Shown: positions 30,902 through 41,739, counted from the first letter of the stretch. The stretch: 64,000 nt of DNA from Spirochaetota bacterium (GCA_963664815.2 CAXXHB010000003.1:2272001-2336000), one strand, 5' to 3'. Notes: generated by a model not told the origin, from the letters alone. Numbers and translations: made by a program.

Positions 30902-31203
30902 AATATTACCTCTTTTGCTATATTATACTCTATATGCCATGAATTGGAATGAAGTGTCAATATTTTATTTAACGTTATATGATATTGTTAAAGCTGCAAA
31001 CAACCGTTAAGGTATGATTAATAATATTTAATTTTAACACCTTAATATGTTACCGGAAATTATTACTTATTAAAAACAATGAATTAAAAAATTGTATTAA
31101 ACACAATTTTAATGTATCATCATTTATATAGAACAGTTGTTAAATCCTGGCTGAATAGCCATAATAATTTAATTCATTAACCTGTTAAAAAGGAGAAGAT
31201 GAA

Positions 31204-33573
31204 TTGAGAATTTCGTTCATAATCCAGTCTGGACTTTTCCGAAGAATGCTGATAATGATCGGAACTATGGTATTTGTTCCTCTCGTGGCAGTTATTTCAT
31301 TCTCCATTATAAGTTCATACCAGATAGTTAAAAATGAATCGTTTTTATACGCTGAAAAATTTGGTGAATATACGGCAAGTCAAATCAATCTCGAGTTAAC
31401 GGGAAAACTTGAGATTATACGGACCCTTGCTTTTTTATGTGCTGATTTTCGCTCCATCCCATCTCCACTCCGACGTAAAATAATTTCTTCACATGTCAGG
31501 TCAATTCTTAAAAATAATCCGGACATAGTTGCAGCCTGGGTTCAGCTGGAACCTGGAGCTATTGAAGACGATTCTTCAGTTTATAAGGGGACAAAGCTTA
31601 CTGCACCTAATGGAGGATTTGACGCTACATGGTACCGTGTTCATGGAAAAATTATTCAGGGGAGTATAACTGATGATACATACAACGGAATATTCTATAC
31701 AATTCCAAAATTAAAAATGGAAGAGACAATTATTGACCCATATTTTTATTCATACACAGGAAAAGAAAATGACAGGATGCTTGAAACGAGTATATGCGTA
31801 CCTGTTATTACAGATAATAAATTCAAGGGGGTAGCCGGTCTCGATATTGCATTAAGTACATATCAGAATATATCCGACAGTGTTAAGGTTTTTAAAAGCG
31901 GATATGCCTCAATAATTGCCGGAAACGGCATGATTATTGCCCATCCGCAGAAATCCAGAATCGGCAGTATTATTATTAATGACATAGGACAGGACAAGTG
32001 GGCAGAATTTCTGGAGCGGGCATCAAAAGGTAAAAAATTCTATTATGACAGAAAATCTTTCACATCGGGTAATATGTCGAGGCAGTTCTTTTTCCCGATC
32101 AATATCGGGAATACCCGATGCAGCTGGTTTTTTGTAGTAGTTGTCCCTTTCTCCGAAATTACACTTTCTGCCGACAAATTAACGGTTTTGCTGGGATTTA
32201 TTGGTACAATTGCAGCATTTCTCATAGTTCTCTCTATACTTCTTACGGCAGTTAAATTCTCACATCCTATAATAATGCTGACAGATATGGCCGAAAAAAT
32301 AGCGGCAGGAGATCTTTCAGTCCGCGCAAACGTTACAGAACATGATGAAATCGGACGTCTTGCCCGCACTTTCAATACAATGACCGGACAACTTCAGCTT
32401 TCACTTGAACAATATAACTCGGCTAACAGGAAACTGGAAAAAAAGAACGCCGACCTGGAGATTGCCGAGGAATCTCTTAAAATGCTCAACATGGATCTGG
32501 AAAAGAAAGTGAGTGATAAAACCGCCGAACTGCTTATAGCTCTGGAAAACATGAAGGATACAAATTACGAGCTGGAACTTTCACTTGAAAATCTTAACAT
32601 TGCCCAGGAGCAGATTATCGCTTCAGAAAAAATGGCAGTACTTGGCACGCTTGTGGCCAGTATTGCTCATGAACTCAACACCCCGCTCGGGGCAATCAGT
32701 TCATCAGCCGGGTTTATCATTGAGGCAAATAACCAGATCTATTCAACAACTCCTGAATACATTTTTTCACTGGATGAAGAAAACCGTAAAATGCTGATGC
32801 TTCTTATACATGAAGGCAGAGCTAAGGCTGCTAAACTTAATATATCAACTGATCGAACATTAAAAAAGAAACTCCTTGCAAGACTTATTTCTGAAGGAAT
32901 CTCTCATCCCGACACCATAGTTGAAAATATTGAGACTCTTGATGCTTTTGAAAATGAGGAGCTGATCATTGATATACTCAATAATGGCAATGAAAAAATA
33001 ATTGAAATCGCTTCAAATGTAACTGCAGTCGAACGGGCTATCTCTATTATTAGCAACGCAGTTGAAAAAGCTTCCGGGACAGTAATGGCACTTGTTGACT
33101 ACTCTCGAAAAGAAGAATATGATGTTTCCGGAATAGTGGAACCAATAAAAGAAATTGAGACAATACTTGTTCTTTATTATAACAGGTTAAAACATGGGGT
33201 ATTAATAAATCGCAATTATAACTGCACCGACCCGGTCACCGGCTACAGAGACAGACTTAATCAGATATGGATAAATCTTATTAACAATGCATTGCAGGCC
33301 ATGGAATATAATGGCACACTCAGCATAACAACAGAACGGGATGGCAATTGGATCGCCATATCTTTTACAGACACAGGACCGGGAATTCCGGCAAATATAA
33401 AGAACAGAATATTCGAACCATTCTTCTCCACAAAAAACACAGGAGAGGGAACCGGACTAGGTCTTGATATATGCAAAAAGATTATAGATAAGCATGAAGG
33501 GAAAATAGAATTCAGAAGCATCCCCGGAGAAACAACTTTTACTGTACTTCTCAGGGCTGCAGACATCAGATAA
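31204..33573 (+). CDS. Sensor histidine kinase (dCache-HAMP-HisKA-HATPase)
   Basis: AHELNTPL, QIWINLINNA, DTGPG, FEPFFSTK, GTGLGL. Confidence 0.95.
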   Translation: MRISFIIQSGLFRRMLIMIGTMVFVPLVAVISFSIISSYQIVKNESFLYAEKFGEYTASQINLELTGKLEIIRTLAFLCADFRSIPSPLRRKIISSHVRSILKNNPDIVAAWVQLEPGAIEDDSSVYKGTKLTAPNGGFDATWYRVHGKIIQGSITDDTYNGIFYTIPKLKMEETIIDPYFYSYTGKENDRMLETSICVPVITDNKFKGVAGLDIALSTYQNISDSVKVFKSGYASIIAGNGMIIAHPQKSRIGSIIINDIGQDKWAEFLERASKGKKFYYDRKSFTSGNMSRQFFFPINIGNTRCSWFFVVVVPFSEITLSADKLTVLLGFIGTIAAFLIVLSILLTAVKFSHPIIMLTDMAEKIAAGDLSVRANVTEHDEIGRLARTFNTMTGQLQLSLEQYNSANRKLEKKNADLEIAEESLKMLNMDLEKKVSDKTAELLIALENMKDTNYELELSLENLNIAQEQIIASEKMAVLGTLVASIAHELNTPLGAISSSAGFIIEANNQIYSTTPEYIFSLDEENRKMLMLLIHEGRAKAAKLNISTDRTLKKKLLARLISEGISHPDTIVENIETLDAFENEELIIDILNNGNEKIIEIASNVTAVERAISIISNAVEKASGTVMALVDYSRKEEYDVSGIVEPIKEIETILVLYYNRLKHGVLINRNYNCTDPVTGYRDRLNQIWINLINNALQAMEYNGTLSITTERDGNWIAISFTDTGPGIPANIKNRIFEPFFSTKNTGEGTGLGLDICKKIIDKHEGKIEFRSIPGETTFTVLLRAADIR

Positions 33574-33586
33574 AAGGGGTAACAAA

Positions 33587-33988
33587 ATGGCAAACCAGGC
33601 AATTTTATGCGTAGACGATGAAATTATAATTGTAATGTCGCTTAGACAGGAGATTAAAAACTATTTCAAGGAACGATTTGTATATGAAACAGCTATAAAT
33701 GCCGAAGAGGGTTTAAAAATTGTGAACCAGCTCTGTTCCGAAGGAATAACCCTAATACTTATCATTTCGGACTGGCTGATGCCCGGGATGAAAGGCGATG
33801 AATTTCTTGAATACATACGAAATCATTACCCCGGTATAAAAACAATACTTATTACCGGGCATGCTCCCGATGATACTCTTAACAGGCTTAAAAATAATGG
33901 TATAACTGATGCAATATTGCTTAAACCCTGGAAAAAAATCGAACTGGTGAATATAATAAACACATGTATCAATGATATAACAGCCTGA
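33587..33988 (+). CDS. Single-domain response regulator
   Basis: ILCVDDE, IISDWLMPGMKG, ITG, KPW. Confidence 0.93.
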   Translation: MANQAILCVDDEIIIVMSLRQEIKNYFKERFVYETAINAEEGLKIVNQLCSEGITLILIISDWLMPGMKGDEFLEYIRNHYPGIKTILITGHAPDDTLNRLKNNGITDAILLKPWKKIELVNIINTCINDITA

Positions 33989-34072
33989 TAATTTTTTTAC
34001 AGTATGTGCTTATAATAATTATTTATAAATTATGCTTAATAGACGCTCAAAACCAGTTCATCTTTTTAATAG

Positions 34073-34125
34073 TAAACGATAATATCTCCCAACCTCCCTT
34101 AGCAACATGGGAATATTATCGTTTA
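34073..34125. terminator. Inverted repeat between convergent genes
   Basis: TAAACGATAATAT(CT)CCCA...TGGGAATATTATCGTTTA. Confidence 0.55.
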
Positions 34126-34162
34126 TTTAAAATTAAATAGATACTAAGAAATTAACATTAAA

Positions 34163-35119
34163 TTACAACGTAGGAACACTACTTGCTCTTTCTTTCTTTT
34201 TTACCTCAGCAGCCTGCTTCTTTTCCTCTTCCTGCTTAATTTTATCAGCTTGTTCCTTTGCAATTCTGTCAGCTTCTGTCTGTTTATCTTTTTCATCCTG
34301 TTCCTTTAATAGTTTTGCCTGTTCTTCCTTTTTCTTCCGCTCATCAGTTTCTTTTACTTTATCTTTTGAATCTTCAGGAACAACCGGTGATTCAGGTTTA
34401 ATGATCTTCTCAATTTCTTTTTCAGAACCTGAATGTATCAGTGTCATGACTTCAGGAGCAACATCCTTGATTTCATTTTTTATCTCTTCTTTTATTGCAG
34501 GTTTTATTGCCTCTACCGGAATTTCACCTTTTATTGTAATCAGATTTTCAACTTCCTTATTTGACAGTTCAACAGCCTGGTTTTCTGTAACAAAAGTTTC
34601 TATGGTTTCAATAACCTTATCATCTTTTATTGGATTTATCTTAACCTTGCCCGAAAGGACATCCAGCCTCATGGATTTGCCTGTCGCGCTGACCCTGAAG
34701 GTTGTACCCCTGACCGACGCAACAGTTGTGGGAGTCTTGACTTTAAAATTTGTATTTTGCACAAGTTTTGATACCGAAATGAAAACCTTCCCTTTATCAA
34801 GATTAAGCTGTGTTTCACCTGTTACCTGTTCTTTAAGGATTACTGCCCGAACTACTGAATTCTCCTGTATTCTTATAAGCCCTCTTTCTCCATATATAAG
34901 GTCAATTATAGATTTTTTCCCTGTGGATACTATATCACCTTCATTGACAGCATCATTAATAGAAGCTGCTTTCTCACCTGTTGCGGATTTTATCTTTACA
35001 TCGCCTAACACAGACTGAACTTTTACATCAAAACTGATCTTTTCCTGCGGTTGCTGCGGCTTGGAGCAGAAACAGAATAATGCACAGAAAGATAATATCA
35101 ATATGCCTGCCTTTTTCAT
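34163..35119 (-). CDS. FecR-domain lipoprotein (LipL45-like)
   Basis: Lipoprotein-type signal with Cys; FKVKTPTTVASVRGT FecR motif; charged coiled-coil tail. Confidence 0.85.
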   Translation of the reverse strand: MKKAGILILSFCALFCFCSKPQQPQEKISFDVKVQSVLGDVKIKSATGEKAASINDAVNEGDIVSTGKKSIIDLIYGERGLIRIQENSVVRAVILKEQVTGETQLNLDKGKVFISVSKLVQNTNFKVKTPTTVASVRGTTFRVSATGKSMRLDVLSGKVKINPIKDDKVIETIETFVTENQAVELSNKEVENLITIKGEIPVEAIKPAIKEEIKNEIKDVAPEVMTLIHSGSEKEIEKIIKPESPVVPEDSKDKVKETDERKKKEEQAKLLKEQDEKDKQTEADRIAKEQADKIKQEEEKKQAAEVKKKERASSVPTL

Positions 35120-35152
35120 TTAAAATCTCCTGAAAATAAATTTTATATTTAA

Positions 35153-35238
35153 TAATAAAAATACTCTGTCTCCCCGCTGTCGATGACTGAGGGAGACAGT
35201 ATTATTCATTTTACACTAAAAATATATTAAGGAATTAA
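35153..35238. repeat. Hairpin + TTTTACACTAAAA element, copy C (upstream of the FecR lipoprotein)
   Basis: CTGTCTCCC...GGGAGACAG stem, then TTTTACACTAAAA-ATATATTAAGGAATTAA; the 17-mer recurs exactly at 49033-49049. Confidence 0.7.
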
Positions 35239-35311
35239 CATTTGAAATAAGCTGAAAGATATTCATATAATAATCAAGCTATTTTCAATCCGGGCAGATT
35301 AAATATTTCTT

Positions 35312-37063
35312 CTATTTCATATCTCTTTTCACCGAAATAGTAAATGTACTGCCATTTGAATTTGAATCAGAATCAACTGTAATATCCCATTCAAGAACCA
35401 TTGCAGCATGTTTTACTATTGATAAACCAAGACCTGTTCCGCCTGTTGCTCTTGATCTGCTTTTCTCAACGCGGTAAAATCTTTCAAAAATTCTCTCTTT
35501 AAATTCAACCGGAATACCAACACCCGTATCTGAAATTTTAATTATCAGTCTGTTTCCGGAATCTGAACCGGTAACTGAAAGAGTTCCCTTTTCACAATTA
35601 TAATTTATACCATTATCAATGATATTAAAAAAGATTTCTTCAACAAGAAAAAAGTTTCCCAAAACAGTATAATCAATATCATTGCCAAGATTATTTATCA
35701 GGGTTATCTCTTTTTTCATTATTTTTGGGGATAATAGATCAATACATCTCTCAATAATATTTTTCAGGTTTATTTTTTCTCTAACAAATTCCCTGGTTGA
35801 TTCAATCATATTCAGTTTTATTATGTCCTGAATCAGCGCATTCTGTCTGTCAACGTTTTCAATCGCTCGTTCAATATAATTAATTGACACCTCTTTATTT
35901 TCATAATTTTCCTTTACTGTTTCAAGGTAACCTCTTACTATTGTGATCGGTGTTTTAAGTTCATGCGATACATTGCTTACAAGATCTGATTTAATCCTCT
36001 CTATTTTTCTTTTTTCAGATATGTCGTGAAGTACTATAAGTATTCCCTGTATTATTTTATCCGCCTTTATCGGATTGATAACCGCTTCAAAAAACCGATC
36101 ATTATTCAACTCTATATCAAAATTATCTTTCTCTCCGGTTTTCAGGCTTTTATTAATTCTGCTGTTAAGAGTGCTGTTTCTAATTATTTCAAAATACTGT
36201 CTGTCCTTTAACTCATCGGCTATTCCAAGCATTACAAGAAATGAATTGTTGTGTATTACTATATGTTTATCTGAATCAACCATCGCTATTCCATCGCTGA
36301 TGCTGTCAAGAGTAGCTTCCAGTTTTTTATGTTCAAGAATATGATCATCAATTGTTGCCACAATGGTATCAGCCATAATATTCAGCGCTTTCTGAAGCGA
36401 GCCTATTTCATCATTATGATAATTTAAAATTCTCCTTTTATAATTACCGGCAGCAAAGTCTGCGGCAAAACTGAGTGTCTCTTTAAACGGTTTTGTTATT
36501 TTAAGTGATATTATAACTATCATAACTACAGAAAATAATAAAGTAAAAACCGCAACATTTAAAATCAGCCTTCTCAGGGAAGTGAGACTTCGGTCAACTT
36601 CATGCAGAGGTTTGGCGAGCCTTACTATAAAAGAATCTCTAAAAATTGCGTAGTATAGCATATCCGTTTTAAGAGTACTGCTGTATCTTGTTGAAAAACC
36701 GGCGCCGGAATTCAGTGCATCAATTATCTCTTTCCTGTACTGATGATTTTCAAGATGTGAAAAATCCTTTACGTCCGAGTCGGCTATTACAGTACCATCG
36801 GTTTTAATAATAGTTATTCTTAATTTTATAATTTCTGCCAGTTCATTAACAGCACTGGAAAGAGATGCAGATGCCACAGGTTTAACTGACATTTTTTTCA
36901 ACTCATAATCAATCAATGCATCATATCTGGACATCTCCGATTTAATGATGTTGATATGGGTTGTTTTTAAAAAACTTCCAAGAAGCAGAAAAATAATTAA
37001 AACAAGAATTACAGTGAGAGTGAAATAAGCAATAATTAATTTATTACTGATTTTTTTCAGCAT
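35312..37063 (-). CDS. phoR: Phosphate regulon sensor kinase
   Basis: HAMP-PAS-HisKA; SNVSHELKTP, FYRVEKSRSRATGGTGLGL; follows phoU-phoB. Confidence 0.9.
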   Translation of the reverse strand: MLKKISNKLIIAYFTLTVILVLIIFLLLGSFLKTTHINIIKSEMSRYDALIDYELKKMSVKPVASASLSSAVNELAEIIKLRITIIKTDGTVIADSDVKDFSHLENHQYRKEIIDALNSGAGFSTRYSSTLKTDMLYYAIFRDSFIVRLAKPLHEVDRSLTSLRRLILNVAVFTLLFSVVMIVIISLKITKPFKETLSFAADFAAGNYKRRILNYHNDEIGSLQKALNIMADTIVATIDDHILEHKKLEATLDSISDGIAMVDSDKHIVIHNNSFLVMLGIADELKDRQYFEIIRNSTLNSRINKSLKTGEKDNFDIELNNDRFFEAVINPIKADKIIQGILIVLHDISEKRKIERIKSDLVSNVSHELKTPITIVRGYLETVKENYENKEVSINYIERAIENVDRQNALIQDIIKLNMIESTREFVREKINLKNIIERCIDLLSPKIMKKEITLINNLGNDIDYTVLGNFFLVEEIFFNIIDNGINYNCEKGTLSVTGSDSGNRLIIKISDTGVGIPVEFKERIFERFYRVEKSRSRATGGTGLGLSIVKHAAMVLEWDITVDSDSNSNGSTFTISVKRDMK

Positions 37064-37064
37064 A

Positions 37065-37751
37065 CTATTCCTTGAATCCGTAGCCTACACCGGAAAATGT
37101 CGTTATTATATTTTTATAGTCTCCAAGTTTTTTTCTCAGATTCATTATATGCACATCGATAGTCCTGTCTACAACAAAAACATCATGGCCTCTTACGCTA
37201 TTTATAATATTATCCCTGGAAAATATTTTACCGGGATTTTCCATAAAAAGTGACAGTATGTTCAATTCTGTTTTAGTAAGTTTAATCTCTTCATTATCCA
37301 CCTTGAGTGAATACATATCCGGATTCAATTCCACTCCTTTATACTTCAGTATCACAGGTTTGTTAATATCCGGCACCTCTGATGATCTTCTCAGAACAGC
37401 TTTTATTCTTGACCGCAGTTCTTTTATACTGAAAGGTTTTGTAAGGTAATCGTCTCCTCCAAGTTCAAGCCCAAGAACCTTGTCAAATTCACCTGATTTT
37501 GCTGAAAGAAAAATTACCGGTATTGATCTTAATTTATCATTGGAACGTATGTCTCTGCAGAATTCAAATCCATCCTTTCCTTCCATCATTACGTCAAGAA
37601 TAATCAAATCCGGTCTTTCAGATACAAATCCCTTTTTAGCATCATCCGCTGAGGAAAAAGTGATAACCTGATACCCTTCACTCTCAAGATTTATTTTCAG
37701 GATTTCCCGTATATCCTTTTCGTCATCTATTACAAATATTGATTTTTTCAT
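37065..37751 (-). CDS. phoB: OmpR/PhoB family response regulator
   Basis: REC plus wHTH, RTIDVHI...GVGY; operon context. Confidence 0.88.
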   Translation of the reverse strand: MKKSIFVIDDEKDIREILKINLESEGYQVITFSSADDAKKGFVSERPDLIILDVMMEGKDGFEFCRDIRSNDKLRSIPVIFLSAKSGEFDKVLGLELGGDDYLTKPFSIKELRSRIKAVLRRSSEVPDINKPVILKYKGVELNPDMYSLKVDNEEIKLTKTELNILSLFMENPGKIFSRDNIINSVRGHDVFVVDRTIDVHIMNLRKKLGDYKNIITTFSGVGYGFKE

Positions 37752-37765
37752 AGTTCACTATCAGA

Positions 37766-38428
37766 TTATATCACCGGTTTCTGATGTCTGATATCCTCTC
37801 CCTGAATGTAGTAAACAGCCCTTTCGGCGATATTTTTTGCATGATCTCCGATGCGTTCAAGAGCCTTAGCCACTGTAATAAAGCTGAAGCCCTGTGACAG
37901 GTTTTTAGGGGATTCGCTCATGTATGTAAACAATTCCCTGTATATCTGTGTATTAAGTTCATCTATTTCTTTATCCATTAATATTATACTCTTTGCTTTT
38001 TCAACATTCTTTTCAGTCATTGAAATAAATGCAAGATTAATCATTCTGACAGCAATTTCGCTCATTCTTGGAATGTCTATAAGCGGCTTTAGAAGAGGAG
38101 CACCATTAATTTTTATTGTCTCTCGGGCAATATTTGCCGCAAGATCTGCAATCCTCTCAAGATCCGTATTGATTTTAAGCATAGCAAGAATGAACCTTAA
38201 ATCAGATGCTGCCGGCTGCCTTGTTACAAGAAATTTTATACACTCATCGTCAATTTCAATTTCCAGCCTGTTTATCATTAAATCATTTTTTATTATATTA
38301 TCTGCAAGATCAATATCAGAGTTTTTTAATGATAATACTGATGATGCAACGGCTTCCATTGCATAGTCAGCCATTTGAAACATCTTTATTTTAATCTGCT
38401 CAAGTTCCATTTCAAGATGAGTCTGCAT
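37766..38428 (-). CDS. phoU: Phosphate signalling protein PhoU
   Basis: RQPAASDLR, DLERIAD, LERIGDHAKNIAE; start after AAGGAG. Confidence 0.95.
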   Translation of the reverse strand: MQTHLEMELEQIKIKMFQMADYAMEAVASSVLSLKNSDIDLADNIIKNDLMINRLEIEIDDECIKFLVTRQPAASDLRFILAMLKINTDLERIADLAANIARETIKINGAPLLKPLIDIPRMSEIAVRMINLAFISMTEKNVEKAKSIILMDKEIDELNTQIYRELFTYMSESPKNLSQGFSFITVAKALERIGDHAKNIAERAVYYIQGEDIRHQKPVI

Positions 38429-38480
38429 TTTATTCTCCTTTGTCTTCATTTATATCAATAATTAAAATATCCTCGTTTTG

Positions 38481-38594
38481 TTATACTGGCATGCACAACA
38501 CATCACATTTCGCATTCCTGTCTCTTCTCCGGCTTAATTCTTCAGCATGCACACATCGCTGATTAACCTCAATTGTCAGTATAACTAATTTCAT
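38481..38594 (-). CDS. Unannotated 37-aa small ORF between pstB and phoU
   Basis: AAGGAG SD 6 nt before ATG; MKLVILTIEVNQRCVHAEELSRRRDRNAKCDVLCMPV*. Confidence 0.4.
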   Translation of the reverse strand: MKLVILTIEVNQRCVHAEELSRRRDRNAKCDVLCMPV

Positions 38595-38640
38595 CTGATA
38601 CTCCTTCAAAATTCCGGCATCATTACTTCTTTATAATTTA

Positions 38641-39396
38641 TCAGCCGAATTTTCCAGTGATATAGTTCTCTGTCATAATTTTATCCGGCTTCGTAAATAT
38701 CACTTCTGTTTTATTAATTTCAATAAGCTCACCCATATAAAAAAAAGCCGTAAAATCACTTACACGTGCTGCCTGCTGCATGTTATGTGTAACAATTATG
38801 ATCGTATAATTCTTTTTCAGTTCCTGAATGAGCTCTTCAATTTTTTGTGTTGATATCGGATCAAGTGCTGATGCAGGTTCATCCATAAGTATAACCTCCG
38901 GATGTACAGCAATAGTTCTTGCGATACATAGCCTCTGCTGCTGACCGCCTGATAAACCCATAGCGGATTTGTTAAGCCTGTCTTTTACTTCATCCCACAG
39001 AGCTGTACTTTTTAAAGACTTTTCAACAGTACTTTCAATTTCATATTTATCTTTAATCCCGTTTATTTTAAGACCATAAGCAACATTATCAAAAATTGAT
39101 TTCGGAAACGGATTGGATTTCTGGAAAACCATCCCCACCCTTCTGCGCAAAGAGGTTACATCATATTTGTGACTGTAAATAGAATCATTATCTATAACGA
39201 TATCTCCAGTCATTCTGGTGCCAGGTATAATATCATTCATCCTGTTTATACATCTGAGAAATGTAGATTTGCCGCATCCTGATGGTCCTATCAGTGCAAG
39301 TACGGAATTTTCTCTTATACTAAGATTTATATCTCTTATCGCCTGATTATTTCCATAATAAAAAGAAACGTCTTTTACACTAATTTTGTAATTCAT
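38641..39396 (-). CDS. pstB: Phosphate ABC transporter ATP-binding protein
   Basis: [48 protein letters not shown]. Confidence 0.97.
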   Translation of the reverse strand: MNYKISVKDVSFYYGNNQAIRDINLSIRENSVLALIGPSGCGKSTFLRCINRMNDIIPGTRMTGDIVIDNDSIYSHKYDVTSLRRRVGMVFQKSNPFPKSIFDNVAYGLKINGIKDKYEIESTVEKSLKSTALWDEVKDRLNKSAMGLSGGQQQRLCIARTIAVHPEVILMDEPASALDPISTQKIEELIQELKKNYTIIIVTHNMQQAARVSDFTAFFYMGELIEINKTEVIFTKPDKIMTENYITGKFG

Positions 39397-39506
39397 TTAA
39401 TAATTCCTTAATTATTCTTTCACCGACACCACCGTTTTTAACGGGAGTAATATGAATATTCAGTAATTTAATAAAATCTGCCCGGGTAAATAATTGATAA
39501 ATAAAA

Positions 39507-39524
39507 TATAAAGATTTTGTTAAG
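39507..39524 (-). promoter_or_regulatory. Pho box upstream of pstB
   Basis: Minus strand CTTAACA-AAAT-CTTTATA (11-bp period); same half-sites upstream of pit. Confidence 0.7.
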
Positions 39525-39649
39525 ATTTATTTTTTTTAAATTTTAAGTGGGAGCGTCTGCAAGTATTTATTATAATTTTAATATTTCTTCATAAAAACTA
39601 AACATGTTTATTTTAAGTTAATTCTAAAAATTTATATTGGAGTAAAAAA

Positions 39650-40483
39650 ATGAAACAGATTACCAAAGTATGTATCTATTTCGGATTAGCAGCAATAATT
39701 ACAACATCGTTATTATCAGGATGTTCAAGAGAAAGCGGCAGTAAGGTTGTAATAAAAGGTTCTACAACAGTACTGCCTATAACTCAGAAAACCGCTGAAG
39801 CATACAGAAAACTTAATAAGGTTTCAATTACAATTGAAGGAAGTGGTTCAGGTAATGGTATTAAAGCCCTTATAGATGGAACATGCGATATTGCCAACTC
39901 CTCAAGAGAGATGAAACCTGAAGAGATCAAAAGCGCTCAGGACAAAGGTAAAAAAATTAAGGAAATATCAATTGCTGTTGATATGATAGTACCTGTTGTA
40001 CATCCTTCAAATAATGTTAAAGAAATCACTATGGCTCAACTTAAAGCGATCTACGACGGCTCAATTACAAACTGGAAACAACTGGGTGGAAAAGATGAAA
40101 AAATTATTATTATATCCAGAGACACCAGCTCAGGTACCTATGAAATATGGAATGATAAAGTAATGAAAAAAACAGACATTAAAAAAGATGCTCTTCTTCA
40201 GGCTTCCAATGGAGCAATTATCTCAGCGGTTGCGGGAAATCCCAAAGCTATAGGATATGTCGGCTTCGGCTATATTGATTCATCAGTTAAACCGTTAAGT
40301 GTTGATAAAATTGTTGCTACAATTGATAATGGAAAATCAGGGAAATATCCCGTTTCAAGAAAATTGTACATGTATGTTGATGAGAAAAAGGTTTCTGCAG
40401 AAACACAGAAATATATTGATTATGTTTTAAGTGCAGATGGTCAGAAACTGGTAAAAGAGGCCGGTTTTATTCCGCTGAACTGA
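39650..40483 (+). CDS. pstS: Phosphate ABC transporter substrate-binding lipoprotein
   Basis: LSGC lipobox; KGSTTV, GSGSGNG, DIANSSR, SRDTSSGT, YPVSR. Confidence 0.95.
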   Translation: MKQITKVCIYFGLAAIITTSLLSGCSRESGSKVVIKGSTTVLPITQKTAEAYRKLNKVSITIEGSGSGNGIKALIDGTCDIANSSREMKPEEIKSAQDKGKKIKEISIAVDMIVPVVHPSNNVKEITMAQLKAIYDGSITNWKQLGGKDEKIIIISRDTSSGTYEIWNDKVMKKTDIKKDALLQASNGAIISAVAGNPKAIGYVGFGYIDSSVKPLSVDKIVATIDNGKSGKYPVSRKLYMYVDEKKVSAETQKYIDYVLSADGQKLVKEAGFIPLN

Positions 40484-40506
40484 TAATTTTAATTTTTTGA
40501 TTCTTT

Positions 40507-40530
40507 AAAACTCCCTTCAGGGAGTTTTTT
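40507..40530 (+). terminator. Intrinsic terminator of pstS
   Basis: AAAACTCCCT-TC-AGGGAGTTTT followed by further T. Confidence 0.8.
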
Positions 40531-40633
40531 ATTTATTCAGAAACCGGAGAATTATTCTTTTTAAGGAATTTACAGTGATTTAATGCTTCACAGGAAATTT
40601 ACTTTTCAGCTTTTAAAACAATAATAATCCCTA

Positions 40634-40662
40634 AGCATATATTTTAGTGCAAAATATATGCT
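40634..40662. repeat. 12-bp perfect inverted repeat centred on TTTTAGTGCAAAA
   Basis: AGCATATATTTT-AGTGC-AAAATATATGCT between convergent pstS and pit. Confidence 0.55.
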
Positions 40663-40752
40663 GTTTTTTCAACCGCAAGAGATGGAAGAGATGGAAGAGG
40701 AAAAGCAGTTTTTCTGTTATAAAAATTCAGTAATGATTATTAATTTCAATAA

Positions 40753-41739
40753 TTAAAAAAATGTGCTGATATAGTAAGTAATCATTGCCATTACTCCGGC
40801 TGCCGGAATTGTAATAATCCAGGCCCAGACAATCCTGCCGGCAACACCCCATTTAACAGCGGATAAACGTCTGAGCGAACCTACCCCGACTATAGCACCG
40901 GTAATTGTATGAGTTGTACTTACCGGAATACCGAAAAATGAAGCTATATAAAGTGTTATTGCTCCGCCGGTTTCCGCGCAAAAACCGTCAACAGGACGAA
41001 GCTTTGTTATCTTGTTACCCATTGTTTTGACAATTCTCCAACCGCCGGATAATGTTCCAAGTGCGATAGCAGTATGACAACAGATTACAACCCAGAATGG
41101 CACATAAAACGTTGACCCGAGAAGCCCTGCACTGTAAAGAGTTATAGCTATTATCCCCATCGTTTTCTGGGCATCATTTCCTCCGTGTCCGAGACTATAT
41201 AAAGCAGCTGAAACCAGCTGACCTTTTCTGAAGTATTTATCAACATTCCGGGGTGTGCTTCTCTTAAAAACCCTGTATACAACAACTCCAATAGTCATTC
41301 CCAGAAACATCCCCAAAGTTGGTGAAATTATAATAAAAGCAATTGTTTTAAGAAGTCCTGCCTGGACTATTGAACCAGCTCCCGCCTTGACAACAGCAGA
41401 CCCCACAAGTCCCCCCATCAGCGCATGAGATGAACTTGACGGAATACCGTACCACCATGTAATCAGGTTCCATGAACAGGCACCAACAAGGGTTGCAAAT
41501 ATTACATGTGAATCAACTATATTTACATCTATTATTCCTTTTCCAATAGTACCTGCAACATGGAGCCCGAAGAACAGAAAAGCCACAAAGTTAAAAAAAG
41601 CAGCCCATAGTACTGCGAGATTTGGCGGCAGAACCCTTGTGGCAACTACAGTTGCCACTGAGTTAGCGGCATCATGGAAACCATTCAGAAAATCAAAGAA
41701 TAATGCAAGTGCAATGAGTAATACTACAGTGGTAGTCAT
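40753..41739 (-). CDS. pit: Inorganic phosphate transporter (PiT family)
   Basis: NGFHDAAN, PSSSSH, HGGNDAQK, PVSTTH. Confidence 0.95.
   Translation of the reverse strand: MTTTVVLLIALALFFDFLNGFHDAANSVATVVATRVLPPNLAVLWAAFFNFVAFLFFGLHVAGTIGKGIIDVNIVDSHVIFATLVGACSWNLITWWYGIPSSSSHALMGGLVGSAVVKAGAGSIVQAGLLKTIAFIIISPTLGMFLGMTIGVVVYRVFKRSTPRNVDKYFRKGQLVSAALYSLGHGGNDAQKTMGIIAITLYSAGLLGSTFYVPFWVVICCHTAIALGTLSGGWRIVKTMGNKITKLRPVDGFCAETGGAITLYIASFFGIPVSTTHTITGAIVGVGSLRRLSAVKWGVAGRIVWAWIITIPAAGVMAMITYYISTFF

Noticed and set aside
39372-39384. Extra match to the TTTTACACTAA core
   Set aside because: Lies inside pstB coding sequence (ISVKD) with no hairpin; likely chance.
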